NCBI RefSeq assembly: GCF_963921235.1 | Contig: NC_086108.1 | Span: forward strand, 60,266,001 to 60,330,000 | DNA: 64,000 nt | DNA from: Mobula hypostoma | Taxonomy: Eukaryota | Reading direction: 5' to 3' | Part shown: positions 51,816 to 64,000 of the stretch, in pieces | Numbering within the stretch: position 1 is the first letter of the stretch | Layout: each line of letters begins with the position of its first letter | Notes under the pieces: model-generated | What the model saw: the letters and a program-made list of their open reading frames with translations, nothing else | Told to the model about the DNA's origin: nothing | Databases searched by the model: none | Translations under genes and position numbers: made by a program

Positions 51816-53258
51816 TTCCACCTTCTCTGTATGTGACACCATCTATTTCAGTGCTATCTGCAAACTTTATAACCTTTACAGACCATACTGCAACCTGCTA
51901 CTCGAAGACATCAGAGTTGGTGCCCAAAAGCAGTGTGCAGTCTAATCGCGAGTGACTACCTTGGACGTTTCTCTTGTAACTGCAAGACCCTGTTGAATAT
52001 TGGTAATGTTTCTCTTGTTTGGTGGTGAGATAAGTGACGATGAAGCAGCATGGCCTTGGTTCTGGTGAGGACAAGGCCTCAAGCGGGCTTGCTTGCTGCT
52101 GCAATCCAGGTGAGACAATGCTGGAGGTTTATAGCATGGAGTCCATGCTCGGTTGGGAGCTGGCCTCTCCTGTCAGTGCCACCCTCCAGTATTTGACCAG
52201 CAGAAGAACATGCTGGATTGCCAGGTGCTGTACTGTCAATTTGCATGTTGCTTCGGGACTTGGACTACTCGTGTTTTCTTGCATAATGATGTGTGTGTGT
52301 GTTTTTTTCCTCTCTCTTGCTATTTTAAGTATGTTATGCCCCGGGACCGCAGAGGAACACTGTCTCATTTGACTGTATCCATGTATGGTCTGAATGACAA
52401 CTAAACTTGATTTGATTTGATTTTCCTTGTGCCGTTTTCTTTCCAAGTCATCGAGTTTAAGTTAGAAGAATGACTGTGATCTTGGTGAATAGTAGAGCAA
52501 GTTCAATGGCCAGATCACCTATTCCTGCTCCAAACGCTTGTGTTCCACAACAGCTTGATTTAGATTTTTATTAAGTGCTCAGCTGGGAAACTGATCCTTT
52601 TGTTGAAGTAGATTATAGGTAAGGCAGTGGAACAGTTTTGTGCTCTAGACAGTAAATGTGGATTTATTTTTAAGCAGACCTCCAAGAATATATACTTCAT
52701 GTCTTACTGGTTTGAATAGCTACCTAGGGCATAAATTTAGTTAATTTTCAATGCCAAAGAAATCATAATAAATCGGCAGATCAGAAGTTACCTCCACAGT
52801 TAGAACTATTCCAGTGAATGAGACTTTTACAAACAAAAACATATTTTATTCTTACTTATTAAGAAAGTAGATCTATTTATCAGTAATTTTCCTTGCTTCT
52901 CTAAATTTCCCAAATATTAAAATCCCTTCAATGACTTAAAAAGTGAGTAGGTGATTAACTGGCAAAAGGTTAAATAATTTCTGATAATTATTGATGTGTG
53001 CCTACAGGTGTAAAATAATCTCTGAAGTAAAATTATAGAAAGTAAAAAATGAAGTATCTTTAAGCTATATTGCAAATGACAAACAAGCTTGTTTGTAGAC
53101 CGGATATTGAACTTTTTGCTGTTGGACTCCGGCCGTGTTCTATTGGAAAATGTAAACACATACATTGTATTTTCTATGTATTACAGTATTTACAATATTT
53201 ACTCAACAATATTTCAGTATTCACTCAAATGCACACATTATATTTTCTATATTTACTA

Positions 53259-53736
53259 TGTAACCACTGATAGCTGAATAGAGGGTATTCACTATGTGGC
53301 CATGACTTTTGACCTAATCACTATTAATTCATGAAGAGAACTAGAATGAAACCAAGTAGGAAGATAACGGTGGCGAGTAAGGTAATGAACTATGTGGCAG
53401 TATGTCAAAACAAGACCAATTAAGAAATAACTGTGGTTAGGGATGAGGGGACACCTGGTCTAAAAAGTAAACTAGGACATAATTAAATTGGGGAGTAAAA
53501 CAATAGTGGAAGGTCGAGAGCGGATGTATTGATGATATGTGATCACAGGCCGTCTGGATATGATAATGTAGCTAAGATAGGAGATTGCTATAAAAAATGC
53601 TGTGTACAAGCCTCGATGGGCAGTCAGCTACTAGCTTTCTGATTGTCTCAGCTTTGATTTGCAAATTAAAGTTTAAAACGTCTTGAAGGATTTTCTGCGT
53701 CTCCTTGTTGTTTGTAAGAAACGAGAAACCACGACA
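53259..53736 (+). repeat. Possible solo LTR
   Basis: TG start and ...CACGACA end, TATA-like GCTATAAAAA near 53587, ATTAAA near 53665. No TSD identified and the left boundary is uncertain. Confidence 0.35.
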
Positions 53737-53984
53737 GTTCCACCGAGATACAACACTGGACGTCATGGGAGGTTGTTCCTACCTGTGGCCATCGAACTTT
53801 GCAGCTCCTCCTGTGGAGGGTCAGACACCCTGAGCCAATAGGCTGGTCCTGGACTTATTTCCATCTGGCATAGTTTTGCATACTGTTGTCTGATGGTTTG
53901 TGGTTTTTGTATTGCTATATTTATGCTCTATTCTTGGTTGGTGCAGCTGTAACGGAACCCAATTTCCCTTGGGATCTATAAGGT

Positions 53985-53986
<2 letters not shown>

Positions 53987-54015
<29 letters not shown>
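53987..54015. repeat. (TATC)n microsatellite (LINE tail)
   Basis: Direct inspection. Confidence 0.9.
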
Positions 54016-54016
<1 letters not shown>

Positions 54017-54539
54017 TTTGCAGAAAATAAAAGCTGTTATGCTACTGCCCTGAACTTGACCTGTATAATAAAAGTATACATTGTTGCAAGGAACAAAAGT
54101 AGGTAGGCATTACTTTGTGACAAGAATTCCAGAAATTAAGTATGCAGTTTATGTATTTATAATGGCATCTGCCCAAGTCAGAGATTGTAGGTTTAGGTTT
54201 AAAGAATTAAGCACAAAATGTTCAGCTGACACCTGTACAGAACTGACATACTGCGTGCTCAGAAATCTTGGCTTTTGGCTGAAGCTAAACTGAAGCCTCA
54301 CCTGCTCTGCAAGATGAATGCAATAATCCCATGGCACTATTGGATTGAACAACTGCATAAATTTCCCGAGCCTATTTTTTCAGTTGATTTGACTAAACTA
54401 TTTATCTCTTTGCCATTTGTAACAAGTTTTGTGGAGAATTTTCCAGCATCACAAAATGACAGAATACTTACAGCTTGGAAAGAAGCCATTCAGCCAACTG
54501 GGACTTATTCTGGCTAAAGGTTCATGACTAGTAGTTTAA

Positions 54540-55009
54540 CGTAGGAATCTCTTCTGGGACTTCTTGCTGCAGATAAATCTCAGCAGCAGCAGACAGAATA
54601 CATCAGGCCGACTCAGAGAGTTGTTTCAGACTAAAGGATTTTATTTATATGATATCATGGAGAGCCCAAGCACCTAAAAGCGGGATCTTGGAACTCTACT
54701 TAACAATAGAGTACACTCTTATTTATACCCCAAACGTATGTGACAAGAAGCACTCAAAGCTGTAAGGAGGAACCTAAACTACAATTCTACAGAATAGCGA
54801 AGCTGCACAATATGTCATTGAGAGTTTATACATTTTCTTAAGTGTTGGTTTTCAGGACAGTATATCAGGCTTTCCCAAGCGCAGACATGTGATGATTCTT
54901 AGAACAAAGAAGCACAGACATAGTTTTATTCCATCCTGTCTACAAAGCACATTTTAGTCGCACAGTGTACATTAGTCACAGATAAGTGATTACAGACTTT
55001 GAATTCACA
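54540..55009 (-). repeat. Possible solo LTR
   Basis: Minus strand has a TGTG start, GGGTATAAATAA near 54725, then AATAAA near 54642, an LTR-like order. No clean TSD. Confidence 0.35.
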
Positions 55010-55089
55010 TACTAGAAAAAGGTCATTAACCCCTTAATGTTTGTCACAATGTCTTGCTATTTTTCTTCCACACCTCTGCTAAGCATGGT

Positions 55090-56230
55090 TGCGAGGTTGT
55101 AGACAATACAAAGTTTGGTGGCTTGGCAGATAATGTGAAAGTTTGCCAAATGATACAGTAGGATATAGATCAGTTGCAGAAATCGAGTACTACAGCACAG
55201 AACCGGGCCAGTCAGCCTATTTAGCCTGTGCAGAATCATATTCTGCCTAGTCCCATCAACCAGCACCTAGACCATAGCACTCCATGCCCTTCCCATCCAT
55301 ATACTTATCCAAACTTCTCTTAAATGTTGCATGGGTAGAGAAATGGTAGAATTTAATATGACCAAGTGTGAGGTATTGCACTTTGGAAGATCAAATATAA
55401 AGAAACAGTATACAATTAATGGCAAGACTCTTAACAGCAGAGGGATATTTGGGTTCAAGTCCATAGCTTCCTGAAAATGGCTGGATGATAATAAAAATAA
55501 GAGTATATTTTCTTTTATGAGCAAAGGCACAGAATTCAGGAGTCAGGAGGTTATGTTGCAGCTTTATAAAACTCTAGTTAGGCCCTATCTGAAGCATTAC
55601 ATTCTCATTCAATTATGGTCATGACAGGAAAGCTTGGAGGCTTTGGGAAGGGTACAAACAAGATTTGCTAGGATACTGCCTGGATTAGAGTGCATGTGCT
55701 CTGAGGAGATGTTGGACAAACTTGCGTTTTTTCTCTGGAGAGATGAAGTCTGAGGGCAGACTTGATAGAACTTTATAAGATTATGAGAGGCATTCTGTAG
55801 TTATAGTAGACAGCTAATATCTTTTTCCCAGCATTGAGATATCGAATATGAGAAGTCATGCCTTTAGGCTGAGAGGGGAAAGTTCAAAGGAGATGTACTG
55901 GGGAGGTTTTTTTTTATACCAGGAGTAGTGGGTGTCTATAATGCACTACCAGGGGTAGTAGTGTGGGAAAATGCAATAGTCACAAACGAGGGAAAATCTG
56001 TAGATGCTGGAAATCGAAGCAACGGTCCAGATGAAGGATTTTGGCCCAAAACGTCAACTGTTTACACTTTTCCATGGATGCTGCCTGGCCTACTGAGTTC
56101 CTACAGCATTTTATGTGTGAAAATATGATAGTGATGTTTAAGGGGCTTGAATATGCAGAGAATGAAGGAACAATATTAGTTTGGCACAACGCTGTGGGCT
56201 GAATGGCTTATTCCTGCACTGTACTCTTCT
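55090..56230 (+). mobile_element. CR1 fragment with nested short repeats
   Basis: EFNMTKCEVLHFGRS, LYKTLVRP and GDLIELYKIMRG remnants. Confidence 0.75.
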
Positions 56231-58199
56231 ATGAGATTACTGAAATGAATGGACAAAGATGAGGCAAATTGCATAAAAAATTATTGGAGAAAAATTTGGT
56301 GAAAACTTCAGAGAGGTGATCCTTTCAAAATATTTTGTATTTCAATACCTTGAAAAACATCCTGCAGATCAGGAAGCTCTGTAACCTAGATGGAATATTA
56401 TCAAAGTTTCAGACCATGTCTAAATAGATAAACATAACAATATCCCCAAGTAACATGGTAAAGGATGACAAACTGAGTTTGACAGGTAGGTAAGGAAAAT
56501 ATATTGGCCCATTTTAGCCAGAGATAGAAGAAAATAGTAAACACAAGATACTCTGCAGATGATAAAAAAAAATCCAGAACAACACACAGAAAATACTAGA
56601 GGAACTCAGCAAGTCAGGTAGCATCCATGGAAATGAAGAAACAGTTGACATTTTGGGATGAGAACATTCATCAGGCTAAAAAGAAAGGGTGAAAAAGCCA
56701 AAGTAAACGGTAGTGGAGAGGGGAAGGATTACAAGCTAGAAGGTGATAGGTGAAGTCAGATGGATGAGGGTGGGGAGATGAAGTAAGAAGCTGGGAGGTG
56801 ATAGGTGGGAAAGGTAAAGGACTGGAGAAGAAGGAATTTGATAGGAAAGGAGAGAACCATGGAAGAAAGGGGAGGAGGAGGGGCACTACAGGGAGGTGAT
56901 AAGCAGGTGAGGAGAGGAGAAGAAGTAAGGGGGGGTCAGAGTGAGGGATTGATCCCCCTCCTCCACTCACCTGTCTTCACCTATAGTGTTCTAGCTTGTA
57001 TTCCTTTCACCTCCACCCACCTTTTTATTCATTTCACAAGAAGAAAATAGACACCTTTTCTGACAATGAGATGAATAACAGTTCTTAGAATACCAGAAAA
57101 AAAGTCAAGCCTGGATTATTAATGCCAAGGATTAATTTATTTCCAGTTATCCAAAGAGGTTTGAGTCATCAAAGGAAAATGGTTATTATTTGGTGACTTG
57201 GTATTTGATCAAGTTTTGTCCTTGATGGAAGAGTTTGACCACAGAGGTTAGCAAATGTTCAATATAAATGTGGATAAGGAATTCATATTGAAACTCGGTG
57301 AAGAATGGATGGGATGTTGCAAGCTGACAGTGACAGCCGAGCTTCAGAAAACTTCAAGTCTGATCAATGTAAAGTAATCAAATCCAACTTGTGGTGATTT
57401 GGAATCATTCAGTCAGAGGTAATGAAAATATTGATTAGGATTTGAGTTGTGTAGAGTCGAGCGGTGGTGAGTGCTGGAGATCTCATTGATGGCACATAAT
57501 AAAGCTGAAGAAGGCCCAGTGTGTCTCTGGGTAATTCTTGCACAATATATGCCATTCTTGTCTATAATGTGTTTTGTTTTCTAACTCTTTATACAAATTT
57601 ACATGCCTATTTTAATAATGAAAAAATACAGAGGTGTAGCAAAAAATAAAATTGGGTAAGGGTTTTAAGAGACACACTCAAATGCAACCACGTGAGTCTG
57701 GCTTAGTATCTTGGCTGGCATTTGCAAGTTGGGCTGAAGGGTCTGTTTCCTTGCTACTTTAATAAGGTTAGTCATGACCTGCCCACCACAAATAATGACA
57801 ATGCTAGCAACGCCACATGTGGGTTTCCTCCAAGTGCTCCGGTTTCTTCTCACAGTCCAAAGACCTACCGGTTGATAGGTTAATTTGGTCATTGTAAATT
57901 TGCACGTGATTAGGCTAGGGTTAAATCGGTGGGGGGGGGAGGTAGCTGGAAGGGCAGGAAGAACCTATTCCGCGCAGTATCTCAGTCAATCAATATTGCC
58001 AAAGTGTCTAATTTTAACCACTATAAAATGAACATAAATGAATTTAAATTGAAGGTGGCCTACTCCAAAATCCTATTCATTAACCCCGCTTCACGGGCAA
58101 TTTCTCTTGATTTTGTTTCAGGATTTCTGCAAAACTCAATCACAGAAAAACACTATGTGTCAGGTGAATAGACGAGTTTTCCTGGTGGGAGTGGTAGGA

Positions 58200-58354
58200 G
58201 GAATTCCAGCTTTAAGGGTGAGAGCACGTACGGTGTCATTCGAGTTACGTCGGGTGCGGCTACAAAGTCAACTGTAATGCCACCAGTGATAGTTGGGAGA
58301 TTAGATCTCTGAATCCCGCTTACTCAGTGCCTGATCCCATCGTTGTCTGTACAA
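58200..58354 (+). promoter_or_regulatory. Putative proximal promoter / 5' UTR of the CYP4 gene
   Basis: CpG-enriched stretch upstream of the ATG. HNF4-like CAAAGTCA at 58263-58270; GCACGTA (reverse complement TACGTGC, HRE-like) at 58224-58230. Motif matches only. Confidence 0.4.
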
Positions 58355-58552
58355 ATGGCACTAGCCGAAGCGTTAAGGGCGCTGTATTTTCCCGTCGAAC
58401 TCTGCAGGCTGGTGCATTTGATCGCTGTTTTTTGTTTAGTGTACCTTCTGTGCATGACGGTGAAGCTCTGTCGCCGTAGATGGAAGCTGAAAGAAGTGAT
58501 GCAACTTTTCCCGGGACCGCCAGACCACTGGTTGTTTGGACATGTACTGGAG
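58355..58552 (+). CDS. Cytochrome P450 family 4 (CYP4B1/CYP4T-like) coding exon 1
   Basis: Encodes MALAEALRALYFPVELCRLVHLIAVFCLVYLLCMTVKLCRRRWKLKEVMQLFPGPPDHWLFGHVLE: a signal-anchor, a basic stretch, and the CYP4 FPGPPxHWLFGH motif. Ends GAG|gttggt in phase 0, as CYP4B1 exon 1 does. Exon 2 was not found before 64000. The subfamily cannot be fixed from one exon. Confidence 0.9.
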
Positions 58553-58899
58553 GTTGGTATTGCTATCTGAGGCACTTAAAGGTCTGTCTGGTAAAAAAAA
58601 TGACGGGGAAAATAATGGCATTTCTGAGATCTGTTCGGAAAATATGCACGAACTCATACTGAGCAGGTTCACGTTTGTGACGCCTGATAAAACAAAATCA
58701 AACTTGAACAATGACTGTGTATAAAATAGGATGGAAGTAAGAATAAGATAATTTCTAAGTGTATAAACATAAACCAATGCCGTGTGTTCACTCCATGATT
58801 AGTTGTGGCTTTCTTTAATACTAAATACACACAACATGAATGGCATCGAATAGTTTGCGAAATACGTCTTGGAAGACAGTTCGCAAGAAGTAACTTTTT

Positions 58900-60600
58900 T
58901 TAGTAAATTGGTTCATTATTGTAACATTCACTGAGGTACAGTGAAAAACTTCGTTTGCATGCCATCCATACAGATAATTTCATTACAACAGTGCATTGAG
59001 GTAGTACAAAGTAAAGCAGTACAGAGTGCACAATATCATTTACAGGGCAACAGTAAGGTCAGGCCATGAGTCTACTTAACATACTAGTGGACAACTTAAT
59101 TGTCTTTCAACAGCGGAACTGAAGGCTTGAGCCTGTTGCTACAGAATGTGCTTTCAGGTTTCTGTATCGTCTGCTCTATGGGAGGTGAGAGGGATCTTGG
59201 ATTATCTTGTCTGCTTTACCGACGACGCAGTGAGAAGTGTAGGCGGAGCCCATGGGGGGAGGCTGATTTCCATGAGCTGTGCTAACACCTCTCTGCAGTT
59301 TCTTGTGGTGATACCAAGCCGTGAACTATCCAGGCAGGACACTTTCTGTGGTGCGTCGATAAAAATTAGCGAGGGGGTAACAGGAGTATGCCTCCTGAGG
59401 AAGGGGATGTGCTGGAGAGCCTTCTTTGCTTCGGTGTGGTTGGACCAGGACAGACTATTGGTGATGTTCCCTCCTAGGAACTTGAAGCTTTAGACTTATT
59501 TGACCTCAGCACCATTGCTGTAAACAGGAACATATGCAGCTCCCCCTTCCTGAAGCCCTTTTTGTTTTGCTGACATTGACGGAAGGTTTGTTATGATGTC
59601 ACTAGGCTCTCTATCTCCCTCCCGTACTGATTCGTCATTATATGAGAATCTGCTCGCTTTGGTGGTATCATCTACAAATATGTAGATGGAGTTAGATCAG
59701 CATCTGACCATATAGTCGTGAGGGTGTAAGAAGTAAAGTAGGGGGGCTGAGGACACAACTTTGTAGGTGGTTGGGGATAATGGTAGCAGAGGTATTGCTG
59801 CCTATTCTTACAGATTGTGGTCCTCTGGACAGGAAGCTTGGGATCCAGTAGAGGTCTAGGAGTTAGGAGATGAGTTTGCTTGTTATTATAGTATTAAAGT
59901 TGGAGCTGCAGTCAATAAACAATACCCTAATATAGGTGTCTTTACTCTCCAGATGCTCAAGAGATGAGTGACCTGCCAGGAAGATGCTGTCTGCTGTGCG
60001 TGTGTTTCAGTGCTAGGGCGATTGTAATGGATAGTTGTCTGGAGCAGACGGAGTCACTGGGTGTAGCAGTTAGGGAATATTACCTTGCGTTTCTTAGGTA
60101 CCGAGATGATAGTGGCCTTAAACCAGATGAGAACCTTAAAACTGAATCACGGAAAGGTTAAAGAATGTCTGTAAAAACCGCTGTTAGCTGATCTGTACAG
60201 GGTCTGAAGACACAGCTGAGGGTTGAAACTGGGCCCTATGCCTTTTGCAGGTTCACTCTCAGAAAGACTAGTTTGACATCCGCAATAGTGACTGTGGGTT
60301 CAGGTGCATTGGAGACTGATGACATTCCAATCCTCTCCTGTTCGAAACGTGAATAGAATGTGTTAAGATCATCAGGAAGGGATGCACTGTTTTCAGCGAC
60401 GCTGCCCGACTTTTTTTTGTAGCCCTGCTGGCAACTGGTCTGAGACTCGACCTTGGACTGGTGTTGTCTCTTAGTATCCCTTAATGAAAGTTGTTTCTCA
60501 ATTTCCTGTGCAAGTCAGGATTACCCAATTTGAACTCTGCAGTCCTGGACTTCGGTAGGAAGTGGATCTCCTGGTTCAAATTCTGGTTTGGGACACTACA
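58900..60600 (-). mobile_element. Degenerate Rex1/Babar fragment in CYP4 intron 1
   Basis: Reverse-strand remnants of FKFLG, LNVSKTK, DDTT, F.D.SS.FNTI and the upstream linker region. Confidence 0.7.
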
Positions 60601-61059
60601 TCTAAATTGTCATATAACTGTACTTGTTTTATACAATTTGAAGATCAAAGCCTGCCTTTTGTCCCTATCACAGACTCTATTCCTTAGTCATTGACTCTAT
60701 GCTTCTGTCTGGCACCTATCTGAAACCCACCCAGAAAGATTTCTCAGCCTTGATAATTCTTCAATCATGAGATGAACTTGGGTTCATAATCTCAACCATT
60801 TGCCTTTGTAACATAACCTTACTCCGCTACTATTTCAGTTCAGCTGTAGCTGAAACCTTTGCCCTCAGCTTGATACTTTGAAATTTGACTCTGTTCCAAT
60901 GCACTCCCATCAAGCATTGCTTGTTTCACCATTCGTGATACCTTACCAGTATCCCATTCACTCAACACATACAGTATGTACAAACGAATCCTGTTGTTTC
61001 CCCATTAAGCAATATCTATGTTTACTAATTTGTTTCAAGATTCCCTTCCTGGCTTTGAC

Positions 61060-62240
61060 TTCCTCATCAGTAAGCTTGAAGAACTTGGTCACAATAGCAC
61101 CTTGTGCAATTGGATCCTCGATTTTCTCACTTACAGACCCCAGTTAGTTTGCAAAAAATCTCCTCCCCAGTCTTCATCAGCACAGGTGGACCACAAGGCT
61201 CTGAGCTTAGCCTGTTGAGACTAAACGCAGTCCAATGCCATGTTTAGGTTTGCTGACGACACTACTGTTGTTTGCCAAATCAAAGGTGGTGGCAATGCAT
61301 ATAGGAAGGAGGTTAGAAATCTAACTGAGTGCAGCCACAACGACAACCACTCACTCAATGTCAGCAAGACCAAGGAGATGGTTATTGACTTCAGAAGGAG
61401 GAATCTGGAGATTCAGAAACCCAGTTCTCATCGGAGGATCAGAGGTCTAACTCTAAATTCCTCACTGTTATCGTTTCAGAGAATCTGCCCTGGGCCAGCA
61501 AGTAAGTACATATATGAAGAAAACACAGCATTGCCTCTAATTCCTTAGAAGTTTGTGAAAATTTGGCATAACATCTAAAACTTTGACAAATCACTTACAG
61601 ATATGTGTTGGAGAGTATATTGACTGGTTGTATCACTGCCTGGTCTGGAAACACCAATGTCCTTGAATAGAAAATCCTGTGAAATGAAATGGATATGGCC
61701 CAGTCCATCACGGGCAAATCCCTCCCCACCATTGAGCACATCTAGACAAAACGCTGTTGTAGGAATGCAGCATCGATGATCAAGGACCCCCGCTATGCAG
61801 GCCATGCTCTCTTCTCGCTGCTGCCATCAGGAAGAAGGTACAGGACCTCAGAGCCCACACCACCAGGTTCAGGAACAGTTATTACAGGAACAGGTTCAGC
61901 CATCAGGCCCTTGAACCAGTGGGGTAATTCAACATCACTTGCCCCATCACTGAATTGTTCCCACAACCTATGAACTCACTTTCAAGGACTCTTCATCTAT
62001 GTTCTGGATATTAATTGTTTGTTTGTTTGTTTGTTTGTTTATTTATTTATTGTTGTCTTTTATATTAGCACAGTTTGTTGTCTTTTGCACGTTGGTTGTC
62101 CTGCTGGGTGCAGTCTTTCATTAATTCTATTGTCTTTCTTCAATTTACTGTGTATGCCTGCAAGGAAACAAATTCAGGGTTGTGTGTGGTGACATATACA
62201 ATATGTACTTGAGTAATAAACTTATTTTATACTCTGAACT
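61060..62240 (+). mobile_element. Rex1/Babar 3' fragment
   Basis: LCNWILDFLT.RPQ, FADDTTVV, SLNVSKTKEMVIDFRR and HALFSLLPSGRRY. Confidence 0.88.
62015..62052. repeat. (TTTG)n/(TTTA)n microsatellite
   Basis: Direct inspection. Confidence 0.9.
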
Positions 62241-63319
62241 TTATCATTTGCACCTTCTTCAGCACTTTAAGATATCTGTACCACTACAATTTTGATTATT
62301 TCTGAATTTGATTGTACCATCATTGATTAGTGTGTCTTCAGCTCTAAAGGCCCTATATTCTGGAATTGCTTCCCTAAAGTCCTTACTGCCCGATTTTCCT
62401 TTTTTTAAAGTTCCTTAAATCTACCCATTTAAATAATCTTTTGTTCGTCTCCCCAAAATCTTCAAATGACTAGCACCAAATTTTGCTTCATACTGCTTCT
62501 ATCAATTTGCTCCCTTCTCTGCCAGGTAATTGATTCTGGAGTTAATTGCCTTCAGTACCATCTACTCTCCAAAGCATAGTCCAGATGTTATATTTCCTCA
62601 GCATGGAGCCTGAGCTGTAGTATTGACAGGCTATTTAAGCAATCCAAGGTATTACACTGAAATATCTTTCGGCTTGCAATGTTAGCCATGCTTTCTTGCA
62701 GTGGTTGACACAATAAATTGTGTTTTTAATAATAATTCCAGTTATTTATTGAACAATGTATATATTTACATTTAGTATTATAAGCAAGAAATTAACCTTA
62801 GCAACACATACAAAATGCTGGAGGAACTCAGCAGGTCAGGCAGCATCTATGGAAAAGAGTAAGCAGTTGATGTTTCAGGCCAAGACCCTGTAATGGAAAC
62901 CAATCTTCAAAAAACAATTATCAGGTTGTTAAACATTAATTTCTGAAGAATTACAGAACTGTTACAACATAATTCTATGATGAAATGTGGATTTCAGCTT
63001 CAGTAACATGGGATTTTGTTTCTGAAACATCTTGGATTTGTTATTTAGTTACAGTTACTGACTTTTTTAACTAAACGGTATTAATTCACTTAATAGGAAA
63101 TAATTCAGACTTCTACCTACAGTTTTGAATCATAAACAAATTTTCTTTACGTATCAAATGCAATTGAGACTACAGTTATTACTCACCTATTTGCCTATTT
63201 GATTGGGCTTAACCAATCCTAGCAGTTTCATTTGTGCATTTGAAATTTACATTACTCAGTTAGTAAAAAAATATCTGTGAAGTAATTTGTTCATCTTCTT
63301 GCATCTTCATATTTAAACC

Positions 63320-64000
63320 AGGATTATAGAGTCATAGAGCATTACAACACAGAAACAGGCACTTTGGCCCATCTAATCTGCACCAAAGTACTCTTCTGCC
63401 TAGTCCCATTGACCTACACCTGGACCATAGACCTCCATACTCCATGGACCTATCCAAAGTTCGCTTAAACATTGAAATTAAACTCTCATCCATCACTTCC
63501 CTTGGTAGTTCGTTCCACACTCTCACCACCTATTGAGTGAAGAACTTGCCCCTTAATGTTCCCTTCAAAACATTTCACCTTCCACGCTTAACCAATGACC
63601 TCTAGTTCTCGTCCCTTGCAGCCTCAGTGGAAAAAGCCTGCTTTCATTTACCCTCTATACCCCTCAGTTTTGCATGCCTCTATCAAATTTCCCTACACTC
63701 CAGGGGATAAAGTACTAACCTACTCAACTTTTCTCTATAATTCAGGTCCTCAAGACCTCGTAAATTTTCCCTGTACTCATCCAAGCATCCTAATATTTTT
63801 TGTGTAGGTGGAAGTCCAGAGCTGCGCGCAATACTCCAAATTAGTCCTCACCAATGTCTCATACAATTTCAACCCAAAATCCCAACTCCTGTACTCGGCA
63901 TTTTGACTTAGGAAAGCCAGTGTGCCAAAAGCACTTTTTACAACCCTTTCTGCCTGTGATGCCACTTCCAAGGAATTATAGATCTATAGTAGATCCCTCT
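63320..64000 (-). mobile_element. CR1 fragment
   Basis: Encodes VASQAERVVKSAFG..LYETLVRTNLEYCAQLW and VRVWNELP. Confidence 0.85.

Noticed and set aside
1..64000. CRISPR arrays, operons, rRNA or other prokaryotic systems
   Set aside because: This is eukaryotic intron-exon DNA; the recurring sequences are dispersed transposable elements, not repeat-spacer arrays.

Overview
Vertebrate genomic DNA, AT-rich and dense in repeats. The repeat complement (CR1 and Rex1/Babar LINEs, Penelope fragments, V-SINE-like SINEs) suggests a cartilaginous fish, probably a ray; this is an inference. Two host genes lie head-to-head. EFCAB14 is on the minus strand, with six phase-consistent coding exons between 31255 and 1057, and it continues off the left edge. 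The first coding exon of a CYP4B/CYP4T-type cytochrome P450 is on the plus strand at 58355-58552. The rest is mostly transposable-element sequence. The main elements are a non-autonomous Gmr1-like Gypsy element (39102-44017, minus) flanked by an anomalous 76-bp direct duplication, a Tc1 IR/DR transposon split by a CR1 inside its DD34E motif, a pogo (POGK-like) remnant, an 80-bp hAT MITE and a 55-bp retroposed tail. I found no convincing new biological system. The best leads are the aberrant LTR-element insertion structure, the selective retention of gag-protease in that element, and uORFs in the EFCAB14 leader. Exon coordinates were read base by base; repeat boundaries are approximate unless stated.
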